A stretch of DNA of 64,000 nt from Paramecium tetraurelia (taxonomy: Eukaryota). The stretch lies in contig CT868374.1 of assembly GCA_000165425.1 (NCBI GenBank), positions 310,001 to 374,000 on the forward strand. The letters are read 5' to 3'. The notes below the pieces were generated by a model that had not been told where the DNA came from, made no database searches, and worked only from the letters and a program-made list of their open reading frames with translations. How positions within the stretch are numbered: position 1 is the stretch's first letter; the number at the start of each line of letters is the position of its first letter. Shown piece by piece: positions 39,257-52,734 of this stretch. A program made the position numbers and the translations under genes.

Positions 39257-40795
39257 ATGAATTAAATATTTACAGAGAGAAGTGTTTAAGGCAATAAAGT
39301 TTCGATGGTACCTGATGACTCTGAAATAAAAATTGTGAAAATTGAAAATTAAGTCAGGTCCAGAAAGGAAAGTAGGAGTTCGGCAAAATCATAGAGACCA
39401 GAATCGAATATTTTAAATGATGGGGAGAAAAAAAAATCCACTTTTGAGGACAGTAGAATAACAATGCTGTTATTTGAGAAATACAAGACTGTTGAATTGG
39501 CTAGATTCTTTACGATAACTGCTACGATTACTTTAATAGTGTTTGAATATGAATATTCATATAGCGATTATTTAACAAGAACCCTGGATGAAGAAATGAA
39601 ATTATTTCTCTATTTAATTATGTTCTTAACCATTCTCAGCAGTATACTTATTGTATGACTATTAGTTATTTTGACTTTCATTAGTTATCAGGTTTTGATG
39701 GCATATCAAAAAGAAGCACAAATGATCACTCCACAAGCGAACTTATCTGAAACTTCCTTGATTTGGGGTATAGCTTGGGAAATAATCTTACTGATCCTAA
39801 TACCAACTCCATATACACGCTATTAAAGGGTAGAATTCCAACAAAGATATACTGGCACAATGAGATTCTATTTCTTTAATGAAATTTTAACCTTTTTTGC
39901 AATGTTTAAAGGGTTCTTGTTGCTCAACATAATATTTAAGTTCTAGAAATACTCATCCTCAAGAATAGGCAGGATCTGCAGATTGTATTCAGCAGATTTC
40001 AATACACACTTGATGTTGAAATTATGTATAAGAGACAAGCCGTTTGAGACCTAGTCGATTTTATTCGCTGGAGGGATGTTCGTTTTTGGCTACTCCTTGG
40101 AAGTAGCAGAGCGAGCCCTTTTTAGATTGGAGGACTCAGTGGATGCCTCCTATATCGGTAACAGGTTCTGGATAAATCTCATCACAATTTTCACTGTTGG
40201 GTATGGTGACTTCTTTCCGTACACAGATTTGGGTAGAGTGGCTATGGGTTGTGGTGTAGTTTATGGAGTAGTCGTCACTTCACTTTTTACTGCTACTCTA
40301 TATAATTTACTAACTCCTTTGAATGGGGAATATCTGGCATGGGCATTGTTGGAAAAGGCTAATATCAGGAAAGTAATTTAGAATGTTAGTGGGAACATAT
40401 TAATCAAACTCAACGATATATCTAAAAAACACACTCTCCATATCAAAACCTTGGAGGAGGCAAGTCATTTGAAGGATTAGGTGGGAGTCATGAACAATCT
40501 GTTGCAGGAGGTTAGTACTTTGAAGAGGTAATATAGAGATATCGATGGCGAAGAATTTATGGCTATGGTGAAACGAAAGTTTAAAGATATCAATGGGTAA
40601 TTTGAGGATGTCTTTGAATTTTTGGAGAAAATCCAGAAGCAACAAAAATTGATAGCTTCAACAATCGAAAAGCCTTTTGATTTTTCAATAAAGTAATCAG
40701 TCAAGGTCAAGGAGAGTAGTAAGGATGACGAATTCTTTGACAACTTAAATGAAACTGTAAATTGTTCTCACTTAATGCGTTTCGAGGAAGACTGA
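39257..40795 (+). CDS. SK/KCNN-like (small-conductance Ca2+-activated type) K+ channel, paralog 1
   Basis: FEDSR N-terminal motif, multiple TM segments, FWINLITIFTVGYGDFFPYTDLGR pore, C-terminal helical region; one intron at ~39642. Confidence 0.88.
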
Positions 40796-40838
40796 CTATT
40801 GATATATATTTTACGGATATAATTAATGCTAATGATAA

Positions 40839-42278
40839 ATGAATTAAAACGATTCAATTAATTAAGTCACTTACGCAAAGCAATTTAAAACTGGAATTGG
40901 GACTCTTGGCTATGAAAGATCCTTTTCGGTGAGTCAAGAGGAAATACAATCTAAGGAAAATAATTATCAGAAGGTTTAGGAGAAAGAAATCATCTGTTTT
41001 GAAGATAGTCGAATAACTAAATTGATAATGGAGGGACACAAATTGATAGAAAATTTTCGGTTACAATTGATCCTCGTAATAACTGCATTGTGGTTTTTAG
41101 AAGTACTATCCGTTTTCAAATTAGATCGACGATGAAATATTCATTGAAAAACAAGGATCGGACTTAATCTTATGGCTCACCTTTAGTCTAAATTTGATCC
41201 TCATCCTATTCACCTTTTTAAGCTACCTGACTCTCATGAATTATTGGAAATCTACCTTACTAATCCCAAAAGATCAATCATTCTTCCACTCTGATCAAAT
41301 GAAGCCATTTCTGATAGAAACGGGATTCCTCTTAATATTCCCCACTGTGTTTACCAGAGGTAAGAATAATAAACTAACTATCAATAGACATTCATTTAAC
41401 CTTTACTTTAAAAAACAACGAATATTATTACACAGTAAATGAAATTATTATAATGATAAGTACTTTGAGATCATTCCAAATACTCTTCATCTATTTGAGA
41501 TTATGCAAATTTTATAACAGTCAAACACAGAGACTCTCATTAAATTATGGAATCATGATGAATCCTAAATTTCTATTCAAATACTTGATTCATTCTTAGC
41601 CCACTTATTTAATAATATCCATGTTCACCATAACATTCTGGTACTGCACCATAGCGATGTGGATTGCTGAAAAAGCACTTCAAAGAGAAAATCTACAGAC
41701 CGTCTAATTATTGTACTTAATTCACATCTAACCTATATAGCAAACATTGTTTCTTAGAAGTGATTCTATCTCTGCTGGCATACGCTTATGAAGACTATGT
41801 CCCAATAACTAACTTGGGGAGAATCATATTATCATATGCTGCATATGCTGGGTTCGTTATGGCCTCAATCATTATAAGTGCGATAATTCAAGCATTTGAG
41901 TAGGAGTATGGAGAATATTAAGCATGTGTGTTGTTGGATAAATTGATAATGAAGGAGAACATGTATCAAGTCACAAGCAACATTGGAGAGTAGTTTTACT
42001 ATATCATGAAGTTTGATAAAAACCCATTCACATACAATAGAGTTAAAATTATACAAGCAGAATTGAAAGAATTTTAGATGTTGAAGAGATAATATAAAAG
42101 CATAATCTCAGAGAATGTTACTAACCTATTTAAAAGAAGGTCGAGAGAATCTAATGACATTTTAGATGAGTATCAAGACATCATGAAAATGTGTAAATAC
42201 CAAAATAAGTAAATATAAGAAATGCTTGAAGAACTTATTTCCTTATAAAATTATCATTATCACAATTGGTATGATTGA
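40839..42278 (+). CDS. SK-like channel paralog 2 with non-canonical selectivity filter
   Basis: Intact ORF after three introns; shares FEDSR and WIAEKALQR; pore reads CFLEVILSLLAYAYEDYVPITNLGR. Confidence 0.8.
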
Positions 42279-43328
42279 AAGAACATCTATGAATTTATTT
42301 TTATTATATTAAATTAGAATTTTCATTATATTCATATATTTATTAACTACAAACCAACAATTTTGTAATCCTATCCAACAATGAATTATTATTTAATTTA
42401 ATGTAAATTGATTTTCAAGTTACAAGACATTATTACAATTAGAAATTAACTCTAATTAATGAATAAGTAGTTCATCAATTCGATTGCAAGACTTCTACAA
42501 AGTAAATTGAGAAATAAGTATTTTAAATAAATTTAAGAAATTGCACATAAAGGTTAATAGTGATGATATATCTTCTAAGAATCCTTTGGAATACAACAAT
42601 TATTTCAAGTGCAATACTAAAAATTCAATAAATATCATTATCTAGCAGATATTATCACGAATTTATTCAAAATACTAACCATCATCTCATATGTAAATAT
42701 TTGAAAAGAGTTAACTAAGTTTAATCACACTGAATTAAATCTCTCCTAATTAAAATATTAAAGAATTACTATGGCCTCATTATTATATTTTTGTCTTACA
42801 ATAAGTTCTCCTTATTCCCAAGAAAATCCCTAACAATAAGCCACTTAACACTATTTTTATTTATAAATTTATTAAAAAAAGGAGGAGAGTTGCAAAAACG
42901 GTTAACCACTCAAGAATGCCGAAACAACATTATTTATATATTGAAAAACCATTTATTAAATTTAGAAATACTGAGAAATCTGATTTATCCTTATCATTAT
43001 ATTAAAATAAATAAGTGATATATTTATGAGATGATAAAATTTGATGTTTTAAATCATATTTTTTAAATTTGATATTCGATTTAATAAAAATAATTGGGTA
43101 GCATAATAGTATACTCAATAGATTAGATCCAAATCACATATCCAAATTAATAGTCAGGACTTACAATATGGCTATTTTAGTTCTCCTTTTCGTTAGTGAT
43201 TTAATTAATAATAGTGGAAAAATGGATCATGGATAAGGATTTGATTGAGAATTAAAAACAAATCAATTCGAGTGATTTAGCTAATGAGCTTTTATGATTG
43301 ATTAATAATTGATAGTTAAAATTATATT

Positions 43329-44948
43329 ATGAATTTATAAAATGAAGGCTCTATTGAGTTGTCTGGAAATCCAGCTTCAAGGGCTGGCGAAGATGAAGCA
43401 GTATAGTATTAAAAAAGACTGTCTGTTATTATTTTAAATCAAATTCAACGAAAAACATTAAAAAAAAAGTCCACAATTATCCAAAGCTCCAAACGGGATG
43501 TCTTTGAGGATAGTCGATCCACAAGAATTTATTTTGAAAGATACCGAGTTTTGGAATAGGGGAGATTTTGGGTAATTTGTGCTACTCTAGTTTTAGTTGT
43601 TTTAGAGGTGTAAATTATATTAAATATTTATAGTATGAAGCTTCTTTTATGCATCAATTAACGGACACTTATGATACCGAAATAAAAATATTACTCTATC
43701 TAATAATGATCCTCTCTATAGTTACAAGTATATTACTCATTTATTTAGTCATTATGACATTAATTGCTTATTTAGCAGAACTTGAATTCAAGAAACGTTC
43801 TCTTTCAATTCCCAAGGCCAGCAATATATTTGAGACTAATCTGATTTTCCTTTTGATTTTAGAGGTCATCATCCTATTACCTTGTCCAACACCCTACACC
43901 ATGGAATTCAAGATATTCTATGTATAAAGATATTCAGATCAAATCAGATTTTATTTCTTAAATGAGATTTTGACTTTCATAATGCTCTTTAGATCCTTGT
44001 TAATTCTAAACACAGCATTTAAATTTCAAGACTTCTATTCCAATAGAGTCAATAGATTATGGTATATATTGCTCACAATTTAAGTCGTATTTATTCAGTA
44101 GATTTTGGTCCCCACTTTATATTTAAAGTAGCCATTAGAGAACACCCCTACAAAACTATCTGTGGGCTCTTTTGTATTGGACTATTTATTTTCTCCTATT
44201 AATTAGAGATTTCAGAAAGATCTTTGTTAAGAACAGAACAAGAAGTGATGTCTTACAAAGTTAATAATTCTCTTTGGGTTTGTATGATAACAATATTCAC
44301 AGTCGGTTATGGTGATCTATATCCACTAACTGACCTAGGAAGATTTTCAATGACTTTAGGTTTATTCTATGGAGTTGCATTAACTTCTTTGTTTACAGCT
44401 ATTCTTTATGCAGACTTGTAACCCTTCACAGCCGAAATACGTTCTATAACCTTATTAGACAAGGCCAATTTAAAAATTTCAATAAAGTCCTTTGCTTAAA
44501 AGGCTATATTGAATTTATTTAAGCTACAATAGTACTTCCAAAAGAACAAATTAAAACATATCCAAAGAAATCCAGCCATCAAATAAAGAGTCACTTATAT
44601 CAGAGGTATTTTACAAAAAAGCGAGAACATGAGAAGGTAATCCTGAATTGTATTTACATTAGAAACTACAGAACGATTGACACTGAAGACTTAATCACGA
44701 TGGGGGAGAGAAGATTTCAAGAAATGACTCATTTTTTCTATGAGTATTATGGTATGCTTGAATAGATGTAATAATAACAAGAGCTATTGGAAGATTATGA
44801 TACAGAAAAAATAAATTCAATTAAGAAAAGCCACACAGTGACATCAGCCAGTCTTGAAATAAAGAGCAAAGATGATTAATATTTTGAAGAACTGATTGAT
44901 TCCTAATCACAAAATCAATAGTTAATGAAATTTAATGACGAAGACTGA
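43329..44948 (+). CDS. SK/KCNN-like K+ channel, paralog 3
   Basis: FEDSR, SLWVCMITIFTVGYGDLYPLTDLGR; ends LMKFNDED-TGA (paralog 1 ends LMRFEED). Confidence 0.88.
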
Positions 44949-45252
44949 TAAAAATACGATTTAGATTTCGTAATGAACATAGAGTTTAGTTTTTCTATTT
45001 AAATATTAATTCCAAAGATCAATGTTATTTTTAATACTAAAAGTAATTAAATTATTGTTTTAAATATGAGCCTTTCGTTTATATAATAATTATTATTCTC
45101 TAATAAATACTAAAATTTCAAGGAGGTATATTTAGACACTTGCATAAAAGTAATAATATGGGCTAAATTGTCCCGTATTGTAGCTTCATAGGTCAATAAA
45201 TTTTTTAGGGATTTGATATGTTTATAATTCAATAATTATTAATTTAGGAGTA

Positions 45253-48200
45253 ATGAAATATTTTTCTAAACTCGTTTACTTCTTTTTAACAATAGGGTCT
45301 AATACAGAGAGGAGAAAATAGAAGGTAGATTATGGAAATCTGGCTATGATAGTATTTTATTTTATTTAATTACTTGGATATGTATATAGTTAATTTGAAA
45401 GCAAAACTCAAGTGTTTTATGAAAATGATTATTTAGCATAAATTGGTTAGTATTCATCAATCCCTTTTATGATGATTGTCATCCATTATGATCCTTTTAC
45501 AACTTTGGTTTATTACTGTATATTTGGTACAATGTGTTCAATCTATGGAATAATATTATTTCAAACTCTTTTGAAAGTAAATTAAGTGCTTATTAATTAG
45601 CCTTTGCCTCCAGCACATTTAATCAATCGATTTATAAAGTTTTACTTTCAGAACTTTTAATGGTATTTTTTAACACCTTTTCATGAAGCTATGATTGGCA
45701 TTCTAACTTGTGGACGTCTGGCTTATTTGGAACAACATTCAGCTTTGAATCCTCGTAACTGTTTTAATGAAATATCTCCTCATTTTATAGTCATTAGCTT
45801 TTCAGGACAGGTTTTGGTGATAATTTCGGGATTTCTTTCGTTATACTGCTTTAGAAATTACGAATTTATTTAAGGAGATCTAATGAGAAAATTTAGTTAT
45901 TTAAACTTTTTGACCATTTTACTACACATGGTATTACAGATGGCTTCGTTTTGGAAAGAAATGTATGATAATTTCAATATGATTACGCATGGAATTTTAA
46001 TGGTCATATTGCTTATAATTGCATTAGACATATATATCAATTTCCCCTTTGGTTTCTCTAGCGAAACAGTGTATTTTAGTTTGTGTTTGTTAAGTACATT
46101 TTTTTTTGAAATTTTGGTTGCAATTTGGATTTTCTCTGATTTAGATGATGGCCACATCTTCTTATCGTTTTCTATAGCTGTACCTGTAAGAATTAAACCT
46201 TATGATAGTTGATTTTTGGAATTAATCAAGCATTTTATGAAAATTACATTGATAGATAATGTCAATAATTTGTTAGGGTTCGGTGTGGAAATATTAGCGA
46301 ACATCCCTTAGAAGTTATTTGTTAATTATGCCATTAAGATATAAAGGAGTAAAGTGATTATTTTTTGGTTCTGAAATATTTGGGGATTCATTGTTAGTAT
46401 TGTTCTGATCTTACTTGTCCTTGCAAATAAAAAATTAATAAATTTATACTAAATCAAAATTAATTAAGTAAAAATTAAATATATTTATGGGTTCAGTATG
46501 AATTTCAATAGATGATTAAATCTGTTATGTAAAATCCAGACTTGTTTTATTAATTTGAGTAATTGACGATTAAATTTGTAACTTTTCTCTAAAAGTACAG
46601 AGAAAATTAAGTGCTATCATACAAAATAATCTAAGATGTAATTCAAACCTTCTAAAAAATGAATTCTAATACAACACCATACTTTTTCATAAATCTGGCT
46701 AAACATATATAATACTAAAATAAAGTTGAAATGGAGAATATTAACAAAGCTGGAGTGTAGATATAGCAATAAGAATATTTAACTTTATAAGAATTTAATT
46801 TATTTTATAGATATGAATCGAGTTTGGTTAAGAATCTCAATGGATTATTAATGACACAAAAATAATTGTGGAGTGAAAAACTGAGAAATCAAATTTAATT
46901 AGAAAAGATTTTAAGATGTTCTAAAGATATAATGAAAAAAACATTAATTCTAAAGAAGATAATTAAAAATTTTGAGAACTCAAAGGAACCTCCAGGAATG
47001 GATACTATCTTAACGCTTCGAATAAAGCTAGTTACAAGTTTAGTTTGTATGGAAGACATTCATTTGTCAATTAAGATTGCTAGACATATATAAAGCTATG
47101 AAACAGATTTATTCAATCAAAAGTAATTAAACTTTAATGCTTTACAATTCATATAAGGATAGGCATTGTCAGTCATTTCAAATGTATCTACCTAAACCTT
47201 TGGACTTATTTCTCAACAAATAAATGATTAATTTTGTAATTTCTTTGGATATGAGAGCAGTATTGGAGCATAGTTGACTAAGATAGAATAATTGTTGCCA
47301 ATTAAGATAGGCAGAATTCACAATGGACTGATTGAGGCTTTTCTATAAAAAGGTAGATCAAGTAGATTGTATTAAAATTAAGAGCAGTTTATAATAAATT
47401 CTGATAATTTGATTGAGAAGGTGACTATTTGCTTGACTACTTTATTTCCTTATTTAAATGGACAACACTAATTTTTAATAATTGGCCATCTATTAAAAAG
47501 GATGAAATACGAAAAATAGGAAATAGACTATAATAAAAAAGGGTACATATTGGTTGACTAAAATTTCCTTGTCTTTGGGTTGACTAGAAATGTATATGAA
47601 AGAATCAATTACAAATATTTTTATAAAAATGATAAAGAAATAGAATTGATACAACCTGATGAAATATATGATTAATATACTATCTAATCACTGATTCCTC
47701 AGATGTCCTTAATTTTGGAAGAGTATTATAAATTGTTGGCTTTACGGAATGAGAAGAAAATATTGAAACACGATATAATATGTTAAAGAGAGGTAGGAGT
47801 ATTCCAAGTTCAATCAGTTAAGGCTCCACAGGTCAAGACAAGTACAACATTTCAAACAAAAAAAAATACAAATAAAAACATGATGAACATTTTGAAAGAT
47901 GTAAATTTTAGTTTGGCTAATCTTCCCACTATGTCACAAAAACAATATCCTATTGAATATAGTGTTACACAAAAGGTTTTAGATTATGTTGAGAAGGACA
48001 CAATCTGTGAATTCCTATATTTTATAATAGAACTTGACTTTTTGGAAGATCCTAAATTAAATACTACTCCATCCTAAGTAATTGCTCGAACTCCAGCACT
48101 CTCAGATATATTAAGACATCAGCAAGTTCAACTTGAATAAATGAGACCTAATTAGAGTAATGTGATATTATCTAATGATGACATTAACGATCAATTAGAA

Positions 48201-50240
48201 CTAATGGAAGAGTTAACAAACACAGGAACAAAAAGAAGTACTTATGAAATAATAGATCAATTGGATAAGATCATCGTCTATATGAATGACACTCTATTAC
48301 CGAAATCAATCAAAGATTTGATTGCACAATTCTTAATCCAAATTTTAGTCTTTGTTGCTATAATAGTAATAATTTCTAGTCTTTTCAAGTATAAGAGATC
48401 TATTTAATCAGACTGCATTGAATAGATCACTTATGATTTAAACTTCTTGGATGCTTATAGTTAAGCAATGTCTGGTTCTAGACATGTCATATACTATAGA
48501 GATTTCTATTCTATTTAAAATGACTCCCTAATCTATTAAAATCTTAACCAAATTAACTTCAGTAGATACGACAAGATCTATGTGGCTTGGCAACACATAT
48601 CAAAAGGTAATATTCGATTAAATAAAATGTATGAGAATTATAGCAAAATTGCTCAGGAAAGCCAGATTAAACTTTTGACTATTTACTTTGTAAACTTCGA
48701 CTTAAAGACTAAAATTCAATAAGAAGTCTAAGATTATTCAACTTACTATCAAATAATGCATCAAACTTTCTATCTTTAATATCAATCATTTTCGTAATCT
48801 CCTCAAACTTATCTATCTGGCAATAATGACTCATACCTTACCTAACTGGCCAGATCTCAAGTTTATTACAATTTTTTTGATGTGATTGAAAGTGCAAATT
48901 TCACTCTACAAGACTGTCAATCTTATAATCTATCAATCAATAATTATTTTGATACTGTCATAATATTTTACTTTTTAGGCATGTATACTATCGTAGTTTT
49001 GGTATTGATTTCAATTATCATCCATTACTATAGAGTCGTGAAATCAATCAAAATATATATGAAGCTTTTTAAGATGTGTGATAAAGAGGACTGTCAACAT
49101 ATAATTCATTTATGCGAGTCTTTGATAAGCATGGTCAATTACGATAAAATCTTTTTGAGACAACAGGACTTTAAAGTAATAATGGCATAACCTCGTCATA
49201 CTTTAGAAAACGTTAGAAAGACCCAAACCAAAACAACCATCATTTTGATCAAAAAGAAAAATAATAACCAAAGATCGATTAAAAAAAACTAAAATAACTT
49301 AAGATTTTACTCTATAGTCATGCTTATTTTAATATCAATAGGTCTAATCACATACATAATGTCATTTCATTTATATTTCATTCATATTAAAGATTTGATA
49401 AGTCCAATCAGCAACTAAGCCATTTTAGCACAACAATCCAGACTCAACTTTATTGCTTCTGTGAATCGATTTGATTTATACTTTATAAAGTTGTATTATG
49501 AAACATACTCAAAGCTTAATTAAGTAGATGAAAACTATTCATTTACTAGCAAGAACATTTAAACGGATACTCAGATCTTACAGTTATTATCTATTAATAT
49601 CGAAACTTTAAACTTGGATCTAGACAGACTCAAGGCAATTGATTTCGTTGATTTGATCTTTCATAATGATCAAACCTACTCTCAATTGGATAGTAGTCAA
49701 TAGAATTCAATGCTGAAAAATGATGTTTGCATTTTTACAGGTTGCAATATGTAAGCAGAACTTTTCTTTGATAGATTATTCTAAGATGAGTTGGCTCCTC
49801 TATTTTACACAGGCGTTTTAAATCTACATACCAAAATATTAGCATTTATTTAAGATGCATATTAAGTAGTCTCATAGGATTTAAGTGATGTTGAGATAAT
49901 TAACAATTTAGAACACATTTTTGCTGATAGTGATTATCTAATTTACATCCACTGGGGATTAGACGTTATTCAATTCTAAATATCCTAGTTCAGCTAATTT
50001 TTCCTAAATATATCAACAGAAACCATTAATTCTCTTACATAAAACAATCAATTACTAATAATTTCAATTGGAACTCTTTTACTGCTTCTAGTTTTAATTT
50101 TTTCTATCATGTTTGTCAATATATAATACTAAAGATACGTACAATCCAAAGCCATCATAAAGTTCATTCCCCTTCCAATACTATTTTAGAAAAATATTCC
50201 AAAACATCTGGAAAGCTTTCGTCGAAAATATGAAAAGTGA
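45253..50240 (+). CDS. Large multi-pass membrane protein with PAS-like domain (TmcB-like ciliate family)
   Basis: N-terminal TM cluster; HCQYCSDLTCPC; PAS-like INDQFCNFFGY...IEQLLPIKIGRIHNGLIEAFLQKG; further TM pairs; C-terminal SKAIIKFIPLPIL; about 1600 aa. Confidence 0.75.
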
Positions 50241-50486
50241 ATTATTTACATTATTTTATATTTCGGATTCTGAAAATTTATAGTCTATTTAGTATTTAAG
50301 CTTTATTTCTTATGCGAATATAGTAAAAATAAAACAGAATTATATGGGTCTAAAAAGGAAATTTCTATTGGATCAAAATATGAAATTGAATTTAAAAGTA
50401 TATCATGGGAGATATTATAATATTAATAAATTTAATTAAACTTTTAGGTTAATTGTAATTTATAAAAATATATACAGTATTATAAA

Positions 50487-51608
50487 TCAAAGAGTTTAGA
50501 ATATTTCAGAGTTAGTATTAATTATATCTGTAAATACGGTTATTAATTTTTAGTGAAATTCAATATGAATTTGATTTAAACAACTATTATATGAATCCAT
50601 CCAATCTTGAAAGTCAGGTAGAAGGAGTTCCTATTATATTTTAATAATATTTTCTATTCCAAATTAAACTATCTTCTAAATCTAATACAAAATTCCTTTC
50701 TTAACTATTAAGAGCTCCTCTTTACTTAATTTATATTGAATTTATTCAAAGATAAAATCCTCAAAAGTTTCTAAACAATTCAATTCATTTGTTTTGATAT
50801 CATCGCATAGATCTTAGAGAAATTTTTACACTTTTTCAATATATGCATTAAGTATTTTATCTTGAATGCTTGAATCATGCTATTTCAAGATGGTTTATGG
50901 ATCAATAGAATAAAAGCATTCAAAATTAAGATTAGTATTATTAAAATTAAACATGTCCTCCTGTTTCTCATCTATTACTTTAAGAATCACATTATATGCA
51001 TTTCCTACGCTTCTCCATATAGGTAAAGGAAATCTGTCTCCATTGTGAATAAAAATATCAAATCCAATAATTTTCCCCAAACTGAAAAGTCTCTCTTGAT
51101 TAAATATTATTTTGGCCCTTTCTCCTTAAAAGTAATAGAGTTAAAGACCAGGAACATATTCAACCATTTCGAAATAGGCAGCTTTTAATTTTTGTTTAAG
51201 TCGATGAGACAAAACTTCATCAGAAGATGCTGCAAATAAGATGTCATTTCTTAGTTCTTACATTTCTAAATCAAGCCACTTTAAGCATTTCATCTAAGTT
51301 GTCTTTATATCAAGTGCTTATGCCAATTTGTTAAGATAAAGTTCCACACTCACTTGTCCTGATAATTTAAGAACTATTGCACCATTCTCTGAATCAATGA
51401 ATAAAACTCCTCTAGAACCAGAGTCGCTCAATTTAATGGATTTGATCTACTTTAATTTGATGTATTCAAAGTCTACATAAGGTTTGGCTGAATAATCAAA
51501 CTCTTATAATTATATTAATGATTTTTTTTCATTCTACAATTCTCTTTGTTAATCTGCTAACTCTTTAGACCTAATATGAATGTTTTTGACTTGTTTATTT
51601 TATTTCAT
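50487..51608 (-). CDS. Actin-fragmin kinase (AFK)-like atypical kinase
   Basis: Span of 374 codons; SDSGSRGVLFIDSENGAIVLK, EMVEYVPG, LGKIIGFDIFIHNGDRFP..W...GNAYNVIL, YSIDP parallel the catalytic motifs of Physarum AFK. Confidence 0.82.
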
Positions 51609-51865
51609 TAATTGTAATAGGCGATACTCTTTATCCTTTGATTTTATATTTAAACAAATTCTGTTCAATGCTGAAGAAATTTATGGCCATTATAATAATA
51701 GTTTATGGTTATTTTATATTGGTGTTATTAAAATTATTTTATACTTTAGATCTAATATGATAAATAAAAAAGTTGATGTATATCAGTTCGATATCAAACA
51801 AAGATCATTAAATCATATTAAAATTCATAAAATCATAAGAATATTTATGTATATATAAAAGTAAC

Positions 51866-52702
51866 TCATTAATCAGAAGTATTTTGTAGTTTATAATACT
51901 CACAAATATCCTTTAATTTACATTAATCACATTTTGGTTTTGGTAAACAAATTTATTATCCAAATCCTACTAAGGTTTCATTTATTTCTCCCCATTCCTT
52001 ATGCTCAAATTATGATTCTAGAAACTTTCTTAATTTAGTCGGAGACTTCTCCTTGAATATAGGAACTCTATTGCAAATCCTAATCATATTGACATCTATT
52101 GGGATTCCTTCGACTCTTTAGAACGCTACTTGTATATATAGTAATGCTATCTTTTCCCCTACACCTTTAATCTTAATGGTTTCTTCAAAGGTTTTTGGCA
52201 TTCCTTTGTAAATTGCTAATTAGGCCAAGTCTTTAATTCTCTTTGCTTTAGTGACATTAAAGTTAACTTCATAAATCAACTTAATCAAATCTGGCTCATC
52301 CATATTTGCAATATCATTAATGGTATATTCCAAGAGTCTGTTAGCACATTTGGATGTAACATCGTCCTTGGTTTATGGACTCAACATCAAACTAGTTAAG
52401 ATCTAAAATCTTTAAGTTTCTATATCCTTATCTTGATCAAAGCATTTTTAGGGGCCAACAAGATCAACTGGAGCATTCCTTTCCAATCGCATTTGCTTGA
52501 TAATCTCATAGATATTCTTAGTTCCACTGTTTTCCTATTTTATGGCAGACATGGGAGCAGTAGATTACTATTTTGATAAACTCGTTTTAGATTTTGATTT
52601 TGGTGACTTCTTCTCCTTAAAGAATCGATGCTCTAATATTTCATTTAATTCACTTGTAGTTGCTTCCGAAAAAGCTAGCATGACTTTTTGTGTTTATCTC
52701 AT
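51866..52702 (-). CDS. NTH1: Endonuclease III homolog (HhH-GPD DNA glycosylase/AP lyase)
   Basis: APVDLVG, RFQILTSLMLSPQTKD, IKGVGEKIA (HhH, catalytic Lys), GIPIDVN (catalytic Asp), LVGFGQQICLPKPKCDQCKLKDIC (Fe-S motif); intronless 278 aa. Confidence 0.93.
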
Positions 52703-52734
52703 TTTATAAATAATAACTGATATATAAATACTCA

